Positions 27,106 to 36,355 of a stretch of DNA of 64,000 nucleotides are shown here, piece after piece. This DNA is from Candidatus Nanosynbacter sp. GTDB lineage: Bacteria > Patescibacteriota > Saccharimonadia > Saccharimonadales > Saccharimonadaceae. The notes below the pieces were generated by a model. The model saw only the letters and a program-made list of their open reading frames with translations, searched no databases and was not told the origin of the DNA. The stretch's first letter is position 1; every line of letters begins with the position of its first letter. Both the position numbers and the translations under genes were made by a program. The DNA is taken from NCBI GenBank assembly GCA_015257505.1, contig JABZKB010000002.1, forward strand, positions 52,085 through 116,084. The letters run 5' to 3'.

Positions 27106-27462
27106 CTATTTTGCAATACCTAATGATTGATCGGATAAGCTATCTTTTGCGAAAGGCTTTTTGACGTCATTAATATTGTTAATGACTGGTTTGATATTTT
27201 GTAAATACTCTTCAAGATCTTTCGCAGAAATAGAACCATCTTCAGAAAAACGATAAGTGAGATTTTCGTCCATCTGAGAGTTCTCATGTTTTTCTGGTAG
27301 AAAGCCAGGACGAGATCGGTCGATATAAATATCTCCACTAGCGTGATAAAAATAAAGAGAAATACTAGTAGTAATGATGGCAATAATAGTAGCCAAGATA
27401 CCAAGGCGAATTAAGGCTTTGCCACCGCTTGAGGTATTACCGCGTAGATTAAATTTTATCAT
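27106..27462 (-). CDS. Hypothetical 118-aa membrane-anchored protein (N-terminal TM, C-terminal extracytoplasmic domain)
   Basis: Start overlaps the stop of 27459..28163 (ATGA), indicating an operon. Confidence 0.5.
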   Translation of the reverse strand: MIKFNLRGNTSSGGKALIRLGILATIIAIITTSISLYFYHASGDIYIDRSRPGFLPEKHENSQMDENLTYRFSEDGSISAKDLEEYLQNIKPVINNINDVKKPFAKDSLSDQSLGIAK

Positions 27463-28163
27463 CTTGATTTTTCCTCGTTTTGACTAGATGTAATATTTGT
27501 TTGCGTTATCGAAGAATCTTCAGTTGTATTACTCTTGGTGGAGGTTGAGGTTGAGTCGGTGGAGTTATTGGATAGCTTTTCTCTAAGCTGATTAACGGTC
27601 TTGAGGTGGTTTGAAAGTGCTGTATTTACTTTGTTGACTGATTCCTCTAATTGACTACGTAAGTAGCGTACATTTTCTAATTCACTATAAAAAGTGTCGG
27701 GCTGATTTTTGCAATCAATAGAAATTAATGACTCAAGACGCTGACTATATGTCACAAAAAGATTGGTAAAACTATTTCTAGAAGTGATAGCCTCGGATTG
27801 AATGGAGATTAGGGTAGAGTCTGGAAGGTTATTCTTGATTAGACGCACGTTAAGTGGTGATATGTAATTCGAGAGCAGTGTCTGGTAATTAGTTCCTAGA
27901 ATGACACGGGTTTTTGAATCGTTCCTTTGTACATTCTTAAGACTAGTTTGGATGGATGCACAGCTCATAGAAATATTACCACGTTCAGTGTCATTTAATT
28001 TGCGATGGGTGATATTTTTGAGGATATCATCTTCGGCATAGACTGGGTGTGATAGGAAGATTGTCTGCGTGGTGGAAAAAACGCCGAGAAGTAGGCAGCA
28101 GGAAGTTGCAAAAATAGAAAGGCTAAGTTTGCTGGATGATGTTTTTTGTGGTGTACTAAACAT
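27459..28163 (-). CDS. Hypothetical secreted protein with signal peptide and Ser/Thr-rich C-terminus
   Basis: 234 aa. Signal-peptide-like N-terminus (LSLSIFATSCCLLLGVFSTTQT). TGcTATAAT -10 lies 13 nt upstream of the ATG, suggesting a near-leaderless transcript. Confidence 0.55.
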   Translation of the reverse strand: MFSTPQKTSSSKLSLSIFATSCCLLLGVFSTTQTIFLSHPVYAEDDILKNITHRKLNDTERGNISMSCASIQTSLKNVQRNDSKTRVILGTNYQTLLSNYISPLNVRLIKNNLPDSTLISIQSEAITSRNSFTNLFVTYSQRLESLISIDCKNQPDTFYSELENVRYLRSQLEESVNKVNTALSNHLKTVNQLREKLSNNSTDSTSTSTKSNTTEDSSITQTNITSSQNEEKSR

Positions 28164-28322
28164 TACTTGTGTTAATTATAGCATATGCAAGTTAAGGGAG
28201 TAGTGGACTAATAGTTTATTTATTTCGTTTTAGGATTACTTTTCGTTTTAGAAAATATTCAAGCCAAGATATCTAAGATAAGATATCTAAGTTGAGAAAG
28301 CTAATAGTTTTTTAAAAAACCA

Positions 28323-29228
28323 TTAACTCCAGAAACCGCGTTTCTTTGCAGTGCGAAACTCTTCCAGTAGTTCTTTTTGTTTTTTAGAGAGATTGGTCGG
28401 AGTATCAACGATGATATTTACAATATGTGGCCCACGTTCTTCTCCGCGCATTGGTATACCATGTCCAGATAGCTTAAAAGGAGTGCCAGACTGAGTGCCG
28501 GCTGGAACCTTCATAGTGATCTTTCCATCGACAGTTTCAACTTCGACTTCACAGCCAAGGGCGGCGTCGATCATTGAAACATGCTGTTCAGAGAGAATAA
28601 TGTAGCCTTCACGAGTAAGTGTCTTGTGTGGACGAACACGGATCTGCACAAGAAGGTCGCCGGCTTCACCAGTTTTGTCTGGGGCGGGGCCGCCGCGACC
28701 GCGTAGTCGGATGGATTGGCCATCATCGATACCGGCAGGGATTTTGAGTTTTATTTCGGACCCATCAATTTGAACAGTTTTTGTAGTGCCAAAAACTGCA
28801 TCCTCAAAGGAGATGGAGAGAACAGTGCGATAATCCGCGCCACGTCGTCTTTGTGCCCTACCGCCATTACCAAAGCCGAAAAGTGTGCTGAAAATATCAT
28901 CAAAACCACCTTCTCCGCCACCAAAATCAAAATTGAAACTTTGGCCATTGAAGGAATATCCGCCACCTCCAAATGGATTGCCACCTGAAGATGCGTTTCC
29001 ACCAACACCCGCGTGGCCGAATTGATCGTAGCGTGCGCGTTTTTGCTTATCTGAGAGTACCTCATTTGCCTCAGAAGCCTCTTTAAATTTAGCTTCAGCT
29101 TCTTTATCTCCAGGATTACGATCCGGATGATACTTAAGCGCAAGTTTTCGATAAGCTTTTTTAATTTCATCATCGGATGCGTTTTTGGAGACGCCTAAAA
29201 TTTCATAATAATCTCTTTGTGTAGCCAT
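28323..29228 (-). CDS. dnaJ: DnaJ-class chaperone (J domain + G/F-rich region + C-terminal substrate-binding domains; no zinc-finger CxxCxGxG repeats, so CbpA/class B-like)
   Basis: J domain with the HPD motif (DYYEILGV...KYHPDRNP), G/F-rich linker, and DnaJ C-terminal domains. No dnaK/grpE adjacent. Confidence 0.8.
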   Translation of the reverse strand: MATQRDYYEILGVSKNASDDEIKKAYRKLALKYHPDRNPGDKEAEAKFKEASEANEVLSDKQKRARYDQFGHAGVGGNASSGGNPFGGGGYSFNGQSFNFDFGGGEGGFDDIFSTLFGFGNGGRAQRRRGADYRTVLSISFEDAVFGTTKTVQIDGSEIKLKIPAGIDDGQSIRLRGRGGPAPDKTGEAGDLLVQIRVRPHKTLTREGYIILSEQHVSMIDAALGCEVEVETVDGKITMKVPAGTQSGTPFKLSGHGIPMRGEERGPHIVNIIVDTPTNLSKKQKELLEEFRTAKKRGFWS

Positions 29229-29250
29229 AACTGACGATAATTATAGTGTT

Positions 29251-29277
29251 TTAGCACTCAAAATGCAAGAGTGCTAA
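29251..29277. promoter_or_regulatory. CIRCE element (HrcA operator): TTAGCACTC-N9-GAGTGCTAA, perfect match to consensus
   Basis: ttagcactc aaaatgcaa gagtgctaa at 29251-29277, 22 nt upstream of the dnaJ ATG and 43 nt upstream of the divergent 29321 ORF. Confidence 0.85.
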
Positions 29278-29320
29278 AGATTTTGTACAAAAAATAATTA
29301 TTTAGGTTGAAATCCAAGCT

Positions 29321-30010
29321 TTGCGCGATTACTCAACTCGCAAATCTGCTAACAGTGCTAACTTTGGCTACGAATATAAGGGCACAGAAAATGAAGTCCA
29401 GACTGTAACCGCAAGCAAAGATATGTACTTCGCTATGAGTATCGATAAGGCCGACGCTCACTTTGCAGCTGATGGTTCACTTGATGCTCGTGAGGTTATG
29501 AAAGAAGAGATCTCACAAGAGGTCGTCCCAACTATCGACAAGCACAACCTCAGCGTTCTTGCTGGTGCCGCTACTGCAGTCGTAAAGGCTACTACTAATG
29601 CAGACGCGTATGAGACATTTAGTTCTCTTATGACCAAACAAACTAACGCTAAAGTCCCTCGTGTCGGCCGTGTAGCGTTCTTTGGTGCTACTGAATTTGC
29701 CAAGATCAAACTTGATCCTAAATTCACCATCCCATCTGAACTTAGCGCACATTCTCGCCGCACAGGTAACTATGGCATGATTGACGGTTGTCTGATCATT
29801 GAAGTCCCAGATGATTACCTCCCAACCAAATTTACCTGTATCTTGACCCACGAATCAATTGGAGCAGCTCCAAAACACCTTGCAGACTACAACCAGGGAC
29901 CATTCAAAGAAACCGCTTCTGGCTTCTATGTCAATGGCCGCGTCGTGTTCGATGCATTTGTGTTCAACCAGCGCAAATCCGGCCTCTTCGCATTGAAGAG
30001 CGCAGCCTAG
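29321..30010 (+). CDS. Hypothetical protein with atypical composition (higher GC, C-ending codons); weak collinear motif resemblance to the T7-gp10/HK97-fold major capsid protein C-terminal half
   Basis: 229 aa from TTG at 29321; alternative in-frame ATGs at 29423 and 29435. No signal peptide or TM segment. Motifs RVAFFGATEFAKI ... GNYGMIDGCLIIEVPDDYL ... FVFNQRKSGLFAL parallel T7 gp10 RVFYCDPDSYSAI ... GSIRNVMGFEVVEVPHL ... FMHRSAVGTVKL with similar spacing. The gp10 comparison is from memory. Confidence 0.55.
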   Translation: MRDYSTRKSANSANFGYEYKGTENEVQTVTASKDMYFAMSIDKADAHFAADGSLDAREVMKEEISQEVVPTIDKHNLSVLAGAATAVVKATTNADAYETFSSLMTKQTNAKVPRVGRVAFFGATEFAKIKLDPKFTIPSELSAHSRRTGNYGMIDGCLIIEVPDDYLPTKFTCILTHESIGAAPKHLADYNQGPFKETASGFYVNGRVVFDAFVFNQRKSGLFALKSAA

Positions 30011-30079
30011 TATAAGGGGGAGAAATCCCCCTTATATAGTCAAACCGATTTCACAGACGATAAATGGTGAAATAGTAAA

Positions 30080-30568
30080 TTAAGCATCATGAGAAGATTC
30101 ATGGGTATTATTGAGATATATATCACCAAACCTATATCCGATGCCAGCTCCAATAAATCCACAAACTAAAGAAAGTAAAATCACTACATTGAACGCTCCT
30201 ACAGCAAAATCAAAGAATCCTATAATAGATAACAAGGATGCTGATATGCAAAGAGCTATGATCCCAATAGTATGTTTATTGTTTGGAGCAAAATACTGAC
30301 TTAAATAAACAAACACACCTGATAGAACTCCCATTCTAATAACCTCAATAAATATTTTATATAATCGAACTACTATACTAGTTGGATCTATGCCAGAATA
30401 ATTGAGACCTATGTTAGAGATAAAAACAAGAATAGCCTGAGCAATAAAAGCAATAATTAAAGACAACGGGATGCAAAATATATATCTTATTAAGGTTAGT
30501 ATTTTCTGAGGATGATGAGGCATTTGTTTCTCCCTATTATAATATTTATAAATCTTCTCATGATGCAC
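30080..30568 (-). CDS. Hypothetical polytopic membrane protein (4-5 TM)
   Basis: 162-aa hydrophobic ORF. A 14-bp inverted repeat (ATCTTCTCATGATG / CATCATGAGAAGAT) coincides with its start and stop regions. Confidence 0.5.
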   Translation of the reverse strand: MHHEKIYKYYNREKQMPHHPQKILTLIRYIFCIPLSLIIAFIAQAILVFISNIGLNYSGIDPTSIVVRLYKIFIEVIRMGVLSGVFVYLSQYFAPNNKHTIGIIALCISASLLSIIGFFDFAVGAFNVVILLSLVCGFIGAGIGYRFGDIYLNNTHESSHDA

Positions 30569-30606
30569 ATCATATTAACAATTTATGGACGATGATATTG
30601 TAATAA

Positions 30607-31368
30607 TCAATATGTCATCCTGAGAACTGAACGTGTAATATATTTGTTGCATTGAGAAACTATGTAAGGTGTTAGATAGCGGTCAGGCCACTCAGTACAG
30701 CCATAGCTAAAAAACTCTGTTGGTTCCTTCTCTTGGTAGCTAGACATTCGGTCTTGTAGTTCTCTTGATCTGCGATAAAATCCAGTGAGTTCATCTACTA
30801 GTCGTTTATCTGACTCTAAATTATCCCTATACCATACGTGGTGGAGATATTCGTGAGAGATTGTAGTAAATGGGTATACGGCATCCTTTTTAATCGTAAT
30901 TGCTTTCTTGAAAGCACTATATTCGCCTTGGGTCCAAATAGAATCGTCGTAAGAATCAACGTAGTACATACTCACTGGTTCATAAGTTAGGTCCTGCTTA
31001 ATACCAGCCTGTTTAGCTAGTTTAATTAATTCAGGGTCTTTATGTCTATTAGTGCCAACGATAAGTTTTGAAGTTACTGGTTCTTTAAGAATCTCGAGAT
31101 TATTTTTCTCTTCTCGATAAGACCAACAATAGCGCCTAGATCCAGCTTCTGGATTATTTAGAAGATTAAAGTATCCCTCAAATTGAGTATTATCGTAGGT
31201 TACTTCTTGTGGATTATAGAACTCCTCAGCTGGCTGACATACTTTGTAATCTATTAATTTATAATACCCCCAAAGGATATTTCGGAAATTTATCGCAGAG
31301 AGAATAAGTACTAGAATCGTAAAGGATAGGAGAAGTTTATTTTTAGCTAAATAAAGTATTTTTCGCAT
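30607..31368 (-). CDS. Putative membrane-anchored zinc metallopeptidase (HExxH motif)
   Basis: 253 aa. N-terminal TM (LLLSFTILVLILSAI) and an HEYLHH motif (ISHEYLHHVW) in the C-terminal half. No family assigned. Confidence 0.5.
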   Translation of the reverse strand: MRKILYLAKNKLLLSFTILVLILSAINFRNILWGYYKLIDYKVCQPAEEFYNPQEVTYDNTQFEGYFNLLNNPEAGSRRYCWSYREEKNNLEILKEPVTSKLIVGTNRHKDPELIKLAKQAGIKQDLTYEPVSMYYVDSYDDSIWTQGEYSAFKKAITIKKDAVYPFTTISHEYLHHVWYRDNLESDKRLVDELTGFYRRSRELQDRMSSYQEKEPTEFFSYGCTEWPDRYLTPYIVSQCNKYITRSVLRMTY

Positions 31369-31437
31369 AAAAATATAATTAAGATTTTGTTTATTATAAC
31401 ATCATCGTCCATAAAAGTCAAAGATAAGGAAAAGATA

Positions 31438-31926
31438 ATGAATAACAATATGTCATATCGTCAATATCTACAATATCACGCCAATAACCACCCGTCTGAT
31501 ATTAAACGAAGTGAAGCCCAAGCCCTCTTGAATGTCGTTGGCGATGATATGAATATTGACGGCAATTTCTTGACCGGAGAAAAAGTAGATAGGGGATGGT
31601 TCCGTGCGCCAGACATCCGAGAGAAGATGTCAAATGGTTATAATGCCTCCATTGTTAATCGTACTCTAAATCCATGGTGGATTGATTCATATAAAAAATA
31701 TTTGGTTGATAACTCTCCAAAACCGGAAAAGACTAACCAAGAAAAATTAGCTGGTTTTAGTAGTGCTCAAAACACTGCTCGTAATATAGCATTAGCCAAC
31801 GAAAGCCTTAGATTAATGCCAAACGAATTGAAGCGTATCGACGAAGCGGAGCGCAATAAATACGCTAATATCGACAATGATTATAACCGTTCAAGCAATA
31901 ATCTTGAGAATAACTGGAAAAAATAA
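31438..31926 (+). CDS. Hypothetical 162-aa protein
   Basis: Start taken at MNNNMSYRQ, with an A/G-rich stretch (ataaggaaaag) upstream. The ORF track begins at 31387. Confidence 0.45.
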   Translation: MNNNMSYRQYLQYHANNHPSDIKRSEAQALLNVVGDDMNIDGNFLTGEKVDRGWFRAPDIREKMSNGYNASIVNRTLNPWWIDSYKKYLVDNSPKPEKTNQEKLAGFSSAQNTARNIALANESLRLMPNELKRIDEAERNKYANIDNDYNRSSNNLENNWKK

Positions 31927-32079
31927 TTATTTGAAGTCAATATGGGACAAAACAATATCAACCTCATTCGGATCATTAAAAAAGTCATCACTTTGCTGGT
32001 GATCGAAAAATAGAAGAATTAATTTAACAGAGATTTTCTATATTTAAGTTATAATGAGGTTATAAACGAGGAGTATACG

Positions 32080-33273
32080 ATGAATAAAGATCGACTAATT
32101 CTGATTACAAATCCAGGCAGTAGTTCGAGAAAATATGCTTTATATCGAGGAAATGACTTCTTGTGTTCACTACACTTTGAATTTGAGGGTAAAAAAGTAA
32201 TCTATACCTTAAAAAAGCTAGACGGCTCAAAAGAAAAGAGAGAAACTAAATTAAAAGATCTATCTTTTGTGGTAAATAATTTAGAGGAGATTTTAGCTCG
32301 TGAGGGTTATTTAGAAGGGGCAACAAAATTGGATGCGGTTTTAGCCCGGGTGGCAGCACCTGGCAGTTATTTTGCGACCGACCATATTGTTGACGAGGAA
32401 TGTTTAGAGCAACTCGACATTGCAAAAGAAAGGGCGCCGCTACATGCTCCTGTAATTGCTAGTGAAATAGAGCAACTGAGAAAAGTATTTAAGGAAACGT
32501 TAATTATTGCAATTTCTGACTCATCCTTTCATAATGACCGTTCGGAGGTTGCAAAATCTTACGCGATTGATACTGAGCTTGCACAGAAGTTTGATATTCA
32601 ACGCTGGGGTTATCATGGATTATCGGTTGGCTCGATCGTACGATTTATGAAAAAAGAAAATATTCTTCCAGAGAAAATGATTGTTTGTCATATTGGATCG
32701 GGAGCCTCAATTACGGCGGTTGAAAACGGTAAATCTGTTGATACGACTATGGGATATTCGCCGCTAGAAGGTTTAATGATGGCTACTCGTGCAGGTTCAA
32801 TAGATGTATCTGCAGCACTAGCGATTAAACGCGAGCTTGGGCTGAAATCTGATGGTGAGCTTGAGAAATATTTAAATAAAAAGTGCGGTCTACTCGGCGT
32901 TTTTGGTAAATCGGATGATATGCGAGAGGTTATCAAGGGATGCAATGAGGGGGATCCGCGTGCAAAACTAGCTCGTGAGCTTTATGTGTTGACTTTGAGG
33001 CGCGCGATTGGTCAGATGGCGGCAAGTATGGCGGGGGTTGATGCGATTGTCTTTACGGCAACGATTGGCGAGAGATCGGATGAGATCCGCAGATTGGTGT
33101 GCGAGTCACTATCGTACTTGGGATTTAACTTGGATAAAGAGAAAAATGCCAAGGGTATCGATGGGCGAATGAATAATGTGGCGCAAGAGAATTCGAAACC
33201 AATATTCGTAATTAAGACGGATGAGTCTGACGAGATGATTATGCGCGCTTTTGAGTTGCTGAACAAAAAATAG
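32080..33273 (+). CDS. ackA: Acetate kinase
   Basis: 397 aa. N-terminal ILITNPGSSSRKYALY (acetate/propionate kinase signature 1) and the ASKHSA fold. Upstream TATAAT and SD GAGGAG. Confidence 0.85.
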   Translation: MNKDRLILITNPGSSSRKYALYRGNDFLCSLHFEFEGKKVIYTLKKLDGSKEKRETKLKDLSFVVNNLEEILAREGYLEGATKLDAVLARVAAPGSYFATDHIVDEECLEQLDIAKERAPLHAPVIASEIEQLRKVFKETLIIAISDSSFHNDRSEVAKSYAIDTELAQKFDIQRWGYHGLSVGSIVRFMKKENILPEKMIVCHIGSGASITAVENGKSVDTTMGYSPLEGLMMATRAGSIDVSAALAIKRELGLKSDGELEKYLNKKCGLLGVFGKSDDMREVIKGCNEGDPRAKLARELYVLTLRRAIGQMAASMAGVDAIVFTATIGERSDEIRRLVCESLSYLGFNLDKEKNAKGIDGRMNNVAQENSKPIFVIKTDESDEMIMRAFELLNKK

Positions 33274-33312
33274 AAGCAGGGCTTCTAGATTTTTGGAGTA
33301 TATATTCTTGGA

Positions 33313-33341
33313 AAATTACCTCTATTCGATTGAGGTAATTT
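33313..33341. terminator. Hairpin (aaattacctc-tattcgat-gaggtaattt) plus T-run straddling the nrdG stop codon; candidate ackA terminator, possibly bidirectional
   Basis: 10-bp inverted repeat. The right arm lies within the last nrdG codons and is followed by cgccattttt. Confidence 0.4.
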
Positions 33342-33849
33342 CGCCATTTTTGAGATGGATAAGGCGTTGATTTCTGGATCCACGGAATTTGAGAGTAAGG
33401 TCTCGTTCGGAAAGAACAAATGGGCCGTCAATTAAGGCATCAAGAGTCTTAAAGAACTCCCATTGTAAGTTATTCTTTTCTTTTATTTCGTCATAAGTAT
33501 AGCCAGAAAAAGACCAAACATTCCAGCCAAGTTCTTCTTTTGCGAATTTGGCGATTTCGATACAAGCCGCGGCTTGGATTGATGGTTCACCACCACAGAA
33601 GGTCAGACCGGTTTGTCCTTTGAGTTGCCTAAGCTCTTCTTTGATATCTTCAACGTTAACTAGGACTCCACCTTCTGGATCCCAAGTCTCCTGATTCTGA
33701 CATCCTTTGCAGTGAATAAAACATCCTTGAGTCCAAATAACTGCGCGAAGGCCATATCCATTCACGATACTGTCATGCTCGATTGGACCTGAGAGCCTAA
33801 TGTGTTGGCTGTCGGATCCTGGCACGGGTGATTTAAAATCTGTTGTCAT
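33322..33849 (-). CDS. nrdG: Anaerobic ribonucleoside-triphosphate reductase activating protein (radical SAM)
   Basis: 175 aa. Cys cluster GCFIHCKGCQN and the LTFCGGEP motif. Confidence 0.85.
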   Translation of the reverse strand: MTTDFKSPVPGSDSQHIRLSGPIEHDSIVNGYGLRAVIWTQGCFIHCKGCQNQETWDPEGGVLVNVEDIKEELRQLKGQTGLTFCGGEPSIQAAACIEIAKFAKEELGWNVWSFSGYTYDEIKEKNNLQWEFFKTLDALIDGPFVLSERDLTLKFRGSRNQRLIHLKNGEITSIE

Positions 33850-33931
33850 ATAAAAATCCTTTTGTAATTCCCCTTTCGTTATAACTAAAAGTTAGGAGGG
33901 GTACTCCTAACTTTTAGTGACTGCCTAGGAA

Positions 33932-36274
33932 TTATTCTTTTCCAAGAGCAGAAGCTGCATTTGCTTTAGCGGATTCGCGAGCTGCTTTTTGAGCTTTGGT
34001 GTAAGTACCAGTAACGTTGTGTTTGACACGGTCGTGCTCTTCAGCCTTCTTGCCATCATTCCAGCGTTCTAGTGAGCCAACGAGGTAGCCAGTAATGCGG
34101 CGAAGTCTCTCGAAAGGAACGTCGTCTTCGACGCGTCCACATGATGGGCAGCGGTCGCCGGCGATGATGCCAGAGAAGCCACAGACTGGGTCTCGGTCAA
34201 CAGGGTGGTTGACGGATCCGTAGCCGATGCCTGAGTCGTGCATTTTACGGATGACTGCTTCAAAGGCGTCAATATTCTGTGAAGGATCACCATCAAGCTC
34301 GATGTAGGAGATATGCCCTGCTGGACAGAGTGCATGGTAAGGAGCTTCAATTTCGATTTTCTCAAATGCTGAGATTGGGTAGTAGACTGGGACGTGGAAG
34401 GAGTTGGTGTAGTAGTCACGGTCGGTAACGCCTTTAATGACGCCGTATTCTTTGCGGTCGATTTTGGTGAAGCGACCGGAGAGGCCTTCAGCTGGGGTAC
34501 CAATAACACCGAAGTTAAGGTGGTATTTCTTTGAGTAGTCATCACAGCGTTTGCTCATGTGAGTGATAATATCAAGACCTAGTTCCCTGGCTTCCTCAGA
34601 TTCACCATGGTGTTTGCCGATCATAGCAACGAGAGTTTCAGCAAGGCCGATGAAGCCGATTGAAAGTGAACCGTGTTTAATTACATCACGAAGAGTGTCA
34701 TTTGGTTTGAGTTTTTCGCTACCAAACCAGTTACCTTCGCCCATGAGGAATGGGAAGTTGCGAACATGTTGGTTAGCTTGGAATTCATAACGTTCGAGGA
34801 GTTGGTCTTTACAGAGATCCATGAGACTGTCGAGCTCTTTGTAGAATCCGGTCCAGTCGGCCTCTTTGCGCTCATTGAGAGCGATACCGTGCTTGATGCC
34901 TAGACGTACAAGGTTGATAGTGGTGAATGAGTTATTACCACGACCAGTGACGATACCATCGGATTCTGGGAAGACAGATGAGAAGACGCGAGTGCGGCAA
35001 CCCATGGTTGCAATTTCGGTATTGTAGTCACCTTTTTTGTAGTATTTAATATTGAAAGGTGCGTCGATGAAGGTAAAGTTTGGGAAGAGACGCTTGGAAG
35101 AAACTTCCATAGAGCGTTTGAAGAGGTCATAGTTTGGATCTTCTGGGTTGTAGCTGACGCCTTCCTTAACTTTAAAGATGGAGATTGGGAAGATTGGGGT
35201 TTCACCGTGACCAAGGCCTTTTTCGGTTGCGTCAAGTAGGTTCTTGGAGACTAGGCGACCTGCTGGGGTGGTGTCGGTTCCGAAGTTGATTGAAGTAAAT
35301 GGAACCTGAGCACCGGCGCGAGAATGCATAGTGTTAAGGTTGTGGATGAAGCCTTCCATAGCTTGGAAAGTTTGTTTCTCAACATCTTCATTAGAGGTTT
35401 CAATAACAGTTTCAGGAATTTTAAGTTTCTTGAGGGTTTCGTTGTCACCGTAAGTAATGTCGTCTGGAATCTTGATGTCAACTTTTTTACCAGAGTATTT
35501 ATTGTATTTTTCAAGGTTGGAGCGAAGAGCTTTCTTGAAGGATTTATTTACACCTGGAGCCATAGCGTAGTCAAAGTTTGGAATTGACTGACCACCGTGC
35601 TGTTCGTTCTGGTTTGCTTGGAGGATAATGGCGGCAAGGGCAGCGTAGGAGGCGATTGAGTTTGGAGTGCGGAGATGGCCGTGACCAGTATTGAAGCCAC
35701 CATTAGCGAAGAGCTTGAGTGGGTCGGTTTGACAGCAAGTTAAGGTACCAGTAGCGTAGAAGTCAAGGTCGTGAATGTGGATGTCGCCATTGTCATGGGC
35801 TTTTGCAAAACGTGGGTCCATGAGTACGGTTTTGGCAAAGACCTTAGAGCCTTCAGCGCCAAATTGTAACATTTTACCCATTGCTGAGTTACCATCTACG
35901 TTAGCGTTACTACGTTTGACATCAGAGTCTTCTGAAGCGTCAGCAATAGCGATGGTTTTATAGATACCCATAAGGTTTGATTTTGCATTACGGGTTGTAT
36001 TGCGTTCTTGGCGATAAGTGATATAAGCTTTAGCAGTTCGTTTGAAGCTTGAATCCATGAGAACCTTCTCAACTAGGTCTTGGATTTGCTCAACGGATGG
36101 AGTGCGTTCTTTAATGGTTTCACCAGCAAGCTTTACTACTTTTTCTGCCAATTGAGCGGCGCGGTCGTGCTTGAATTCTTCGGTGACTGCTCCTGCCTTA
36201 GCGATGGCGTCAGTGATCTTCTCTTGGTCGAAATCTACGATTTTACCATCACGTTTGACGATTTTTTTGAACAT
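33932..36274 (-). CDS. nrdD: Anaerobic (class III) ribonucleoside-triphosphate reductase
   Basis: 780 aa. N-terminal ATP-cone (KRDGKIVDFDQEKI), C-terminal Zn ribbon (CGFSGIIAGDRCPSCG) and glycyl-radical motif RITGYLVGS. SD AAGGAGG upstream. Confidence 0.9.
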   Translation of the reverse strand: MFKKIVKRDGKIVDFDQEKITDAIAKAGAVTEEFKHDRAAQLAEKVVKLAGETIKERTPSVEQIQDLVEKVLMDSSFKRTAKAYITYRQERNTTRNAKSNLMGIYKTIAIADASEDSDVKRSNANVDGNSAMGKMLQFGAEGSKVFAKTVLMDPRFAKAHDNGDIHIHDLDFYATGTLTCCQTDPLKLFANGGFNTGHGHLRTPNSIASYAALAAIILQANQNEQHGGQSIPNFDYAMAPGVNKSFKKALRSNLEKYNKYSGKKVDIKIPDDITYGDNETLKKLKIPETVIETSNEDVEKQTFQAMEGFIHNLNTMHSRAGAQVPFTSINFGTDTTPAGRLVSKNLLDATEKGLGHGETPIFPISIFKVKEGVSYNPEDPNYDLFKRSMEVSSKRLFPNFTFIDAPFNIKYYKKGDYNTEIATMGCRTRVFSSVFPESDGIVTGRGNNSFTTINLVRLGIKHGIALNERKEADWTGFYKELDSLMDLCKDQLLERYEFQANQHVRNFPFLMGEGNWFGSEKLKPNDTLRDVIKHGSLSIGFIGLAETLVAMIGKHHGESEEARELGLDIITHMSKRCDDYSKKYHLNFGVIGTPAEGLSGRFTKIDRKEYGVIKGVTDRDYYTNSFHVPVYYPISAFEKIEIEAPYHALCPAGHISYIELDGDPSQNIDAFEAVIRKMHDSGIGYGSVNHPVDRDPVCGFSGIIAGDRCPSCGRVEDDVPFERLRRITGYLVGSLERWNDGKKAEEHDRVKHNVTGTYTKAQKAARESAKANAASALGKE

Positions 36275-36355
36275 AAAAAATTACCTCCTTGATTGTGTCC
36301 AAATTTTCTTTCAAAGTTTTTTGATTAAATTTTTGTTATTAGTGTAATATTTGTG

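Noticed and set aside
30087-30571. 14-bp inverted repeat (ATCTTCTCATGATG / CATCATGAGAAGAT) flanking the 30080..30568 membrane-protein gene, as a possible mobile-element terminal repeat
   Set aside because: Only one pair of short repeats. They fall inside the coding sequence (start and end codons). There is no transposase or target-site duplication. Chance occurrence in AT-rich DNA is plausible. It is noted in the accessory-cluster finding, not called a mobile element.
34069-35587. Multiple 60-160-aa ORFs on both strands inside nrdD (e.g. 34069..34545, 34900..35235, 35251..35514)
   Set aside because: They are alternative-frame artefacts of a long, codon-biased gene. Their translations are low-complexity Ser/Thr/Pro-rich strings.
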